Positions 61,476 through 64,000 of a stretch of DNA of 64,000 nt are shown here, piece by piece. The DNA comes from Callorhinchus milii. Lineage: Eukaryota. Numbering within the stretch: position 1 is the stretch's first letter; the number at the start of each line of letters is the position of its first letter. The stretch is taken from assembly GCF_018977255.1 (NCBI RefSeq), contig NW_024704743.1, forward strand, positions 72,542,001 to 72,606,000. The letters are read 5' to 3'. The notes under the pieces were generated by a model. The model saw nothing but the letters and a program-made list of their open reading frames with translations. It was not told the origin of the DNA and made no database searches. Both the position numbers and the translations under genes were made by a program.

Positions 61476-62444
61476 CCAATGATCTATGCAAATCTATTTA
61501 TGTTTTTCAACAAGCAATTAGTATTTAATTGGCTTTATTGATGGCAACTTCACATTGATGAGAAATCTTAAGTATATGATTCAAACACAAATTCCTTTCT
61601 TTCTTCACCTCTACTAATACTCAATCCTTCATTGTATAAACATATTTACTGTCTCTTCCAATATCCATTAGATTGGATAGAATTCAGCAAATGTGGTTCA
61701 CTAAAAATTTATGGAATAATAGAAAACTAACAGCCTGAGCCTTAAGGCGTGGTAGTGTACCATATAATTATAAAGTATGTTCACTTTTGTAAACAAACTA
61801 ATAGATGGTTAAAATGAAATACTATTCTGCGTGTGGTCCTTTGTTGGCTTTCAGTCCAGCCTCTTCCGCACGTAAATACATTCAAAACAATTTGAAACAA
61901 GTTTATAATTCATCTGTGAAAATGGTATTTTGGACAATGCGTGCAAGATTCTTTCTTTGCTGTTGTTTGTGGATCACGAAACATGGTCAGGATTATATGA
62001 ATTGAATGGACCAATAAGGAAATATTTATAAAGAATGATAATAATAATCTTTGCATTTGATTTAAAGGGTGACAAAAGATGTGACATGGCATTTGAAACA
62101 ATGGGCAACTAATAATAATAATACTTTGAATTTAATCTAGTGCTTTATCACGTCTTCGAGACGTCTCAAAATCCTACGCACAGTCTTGATCAAACACTGA
62201 TCAACGGGCTTTAACTTTTCCGGTTGTTCATATTTTTATTTTAGATTTCCTATTTTCTTTCATCTTAAATGATTTTTGCATCTTAATGTTTCTTCCATTA
62301 TTTTCCATTTAGGTCTGATTCATTTAATCAAATACGTCTTTATGTATGAAAGTCATTATCTATATAAAATACTGACCTTTAGCTTGATTCCTACCTGCAA
62401 ACTTACCTGCACTTTTTTTTGTAAAAAGATCCCATGTATTATTT

Positions 62445-62647
62445 GAAAAGCGAAGGGAGTTTCTCCCAGTGTCCTGGCTAACAATTCTCCATATAATATT
62501 AGTCCTTCACCTTAAGGCTGTTTGTGGGACAGTGCTGTGTGCAAACTGGCTACCACATTCAACTACAAAATACAGTCATCACACTTCACAGTAAAAAATC
62601 AATGAAGTGCTTTTGAGACACTATCAAACACAAAGATTATTATTATT
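62445..62647 (+). mobile_element. Old Deu-type SINE 3' part
   Basis: TTTGAAAAG..GGGAGTTTCTCCCAGTGTCCTGGC..GTTTGTGGGACAGTGCTGTGTGCAAACTGGCT..GATTATTATT. Confidence 0.75.
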
Positions 62648-63449
62648 TGCTGTAATTAAATAGTGTTGAGACCAGAGATTGTGTGCTCTTAAAAACTTTG
62701 TTTAAAAGAATTGAAATTAGTTCCACATTTGTGAACATTTAAACTTATAAATATGGAAGCTGATTTTCCACAGTTTTATTTGGTATTCAAGAAAATCTGC
62801 TTCCAAAATATAATTAAATTTAAGACCATTTTCCAAAATTCTGCATGATGTTAAATTTAAAGATAATAAATAGTCATCAGCCAACGAACATCTCTAGGAA
62901 TTTGGGGAACTCAAATCTAAGTAGGACATGAATCAAAAGCAATATGGATTTCTCTACCAAGGCCACATAGCTCATTATGTTACCAGGAAAACTGCAGCAA
63001 TAAAATTAACTGCTAAATGTATTGCCTTGTTTCAACAATACACTTATGATTTCCTTATCTTTCTTCTGGCAGCTCCAAATGAAATACAGAAAGTGAATGA
63101 CTGGGACTTGAGGTTCACAAATTTGGGACTGATTCCACTTCATTTAAATGAAGTTTGCTTAATAGCATCCAAAGTCTGTGGTATTGTCCCTATGTGATTA
63201 AAGGGAAGGTTCTGTACTATTACACTGATTGATTTGGTGGTGGTAGGAGTGTAATGAAGTGCTGTGTTCTGTTCTGATTCTCAGTCAGGGCATGCAAAAG
63301 GTAGACGTAAGATTTCCCACCAGAAAGAAGGAAGTGCATTTGCATTTACCGGTTAGTTACACAGCAATACAGAATTGCAAGCCACGGGTTCAATGCTCTA
63401 TTGTGCTAATGTCAGCCTCAGTACTGCAGCAAGGCATGAAGCAGAGACC

Positions 63450-64000
63450 ACAACAACAACACACAGGATAGCGTCTCAGAACGCTTAACAGTGGCGGAGC
63501 CTGACTCTGAGTCGGGGGTGGGGTGAGGTGGCCTTAAGCACGATCAAAGAGAACAGTTTTCAGGCGGAATTTGAAAGAGGGTAGAGAGGGGGCAAGGCGG
63601 AGGGATTCAGGGAGAGTGTTCCAGAGTTTCGGGGCGTAGTGGATGATAGTGGGGTGGAGGGTGCGATGGACGAGCAGGAAGCTGGTGCCAGTCAAGCGGA
63701 GGCGCCGGGTGGTGGATTGGGGAGTGAGGAGGTTGGAGAGGTAGGGAGATGCCAGAGAGTGAAGGGATTTGAACACGAGTGTGAGGGTCTTGAAGTCGAT
63801 CCATTTGGTGATGGGGAGCCAGTGGAGCCCGGCCAGAACTGGTGAGATGTGGGTACGGAGTTTGGTCCAGGTTAGTATGCAGGCAGCAGAGTTCTGAATG
63901 TGCTGGATGTTGAGCGGGGAGATCGGTGAGGTGTGTGTTTGAAGTAATCTAGGCGGGAGATGACAAACACATGCACGAGAGTCTCGGCTGCATTCGGGGA
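63450..64000 (-). mobile_element. L2 LINE 3' fragment running off the window end
   Basis: FKSLHSLASPYLSNLL..HYAPKLWNTLPESLRLAPSLPSFKFRLKTVLFDRA. Confidence 0.9.

Noticed and set aside
40118..64000. Coding exons of a CDK-family kinase
   Set aside because: No kinase motifs recognised in the ORF track or by eye, so no CDS is called

Overview
Eukaryotic (vertebrate) genomic DNA. The repeat content (abundant L2 and CR1 LINE fragments, a young tRNA-Ala-derived SINE, older Deu-type SINEs, Penelope-type hairpins) suggests a cartilaginous fish, possibly a holocephalan; this is inference only. The one clear protein-coding gene is an intronless Frizzled-1 (FZD1, 571 aa, minus strand, 13144-14859). It has a CpG-island/CCAAT promoter at about 15.6-16.0 kb, a microsatellite-filled 5' leader and a 3' UTR running to about 11.2 kb. 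A splice acceptor at 40118 and poly(A) signals at 36060-36069 outline a probable ~4 kb terminal exon of the upstream same-strand gene. By known vertebrate synteny this is probably CDK14, which would make 40.1-64 kb its last intron. The rest is transposon-rich non-coding DNA. Most notable observations: (1) a back-to-back pair of Penelope-type minimal hammerhead-ribozyme motifs; (2) a covarying 3' stem-loop shared by SINEs and several L2 families; (3) a SINE inserted into the YADD codons of an L2 reverse transcriptase; (4) an inverted-repeat-bounded SINE sub-module that occurs on its own; (5) a pre-miRNA-sized hairpin; (6) a recent 79-bp inverted duplication; (7) a PBX-HOX/MEIS motif cluster. 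Repeat boundaries were read by eye and are approximate.
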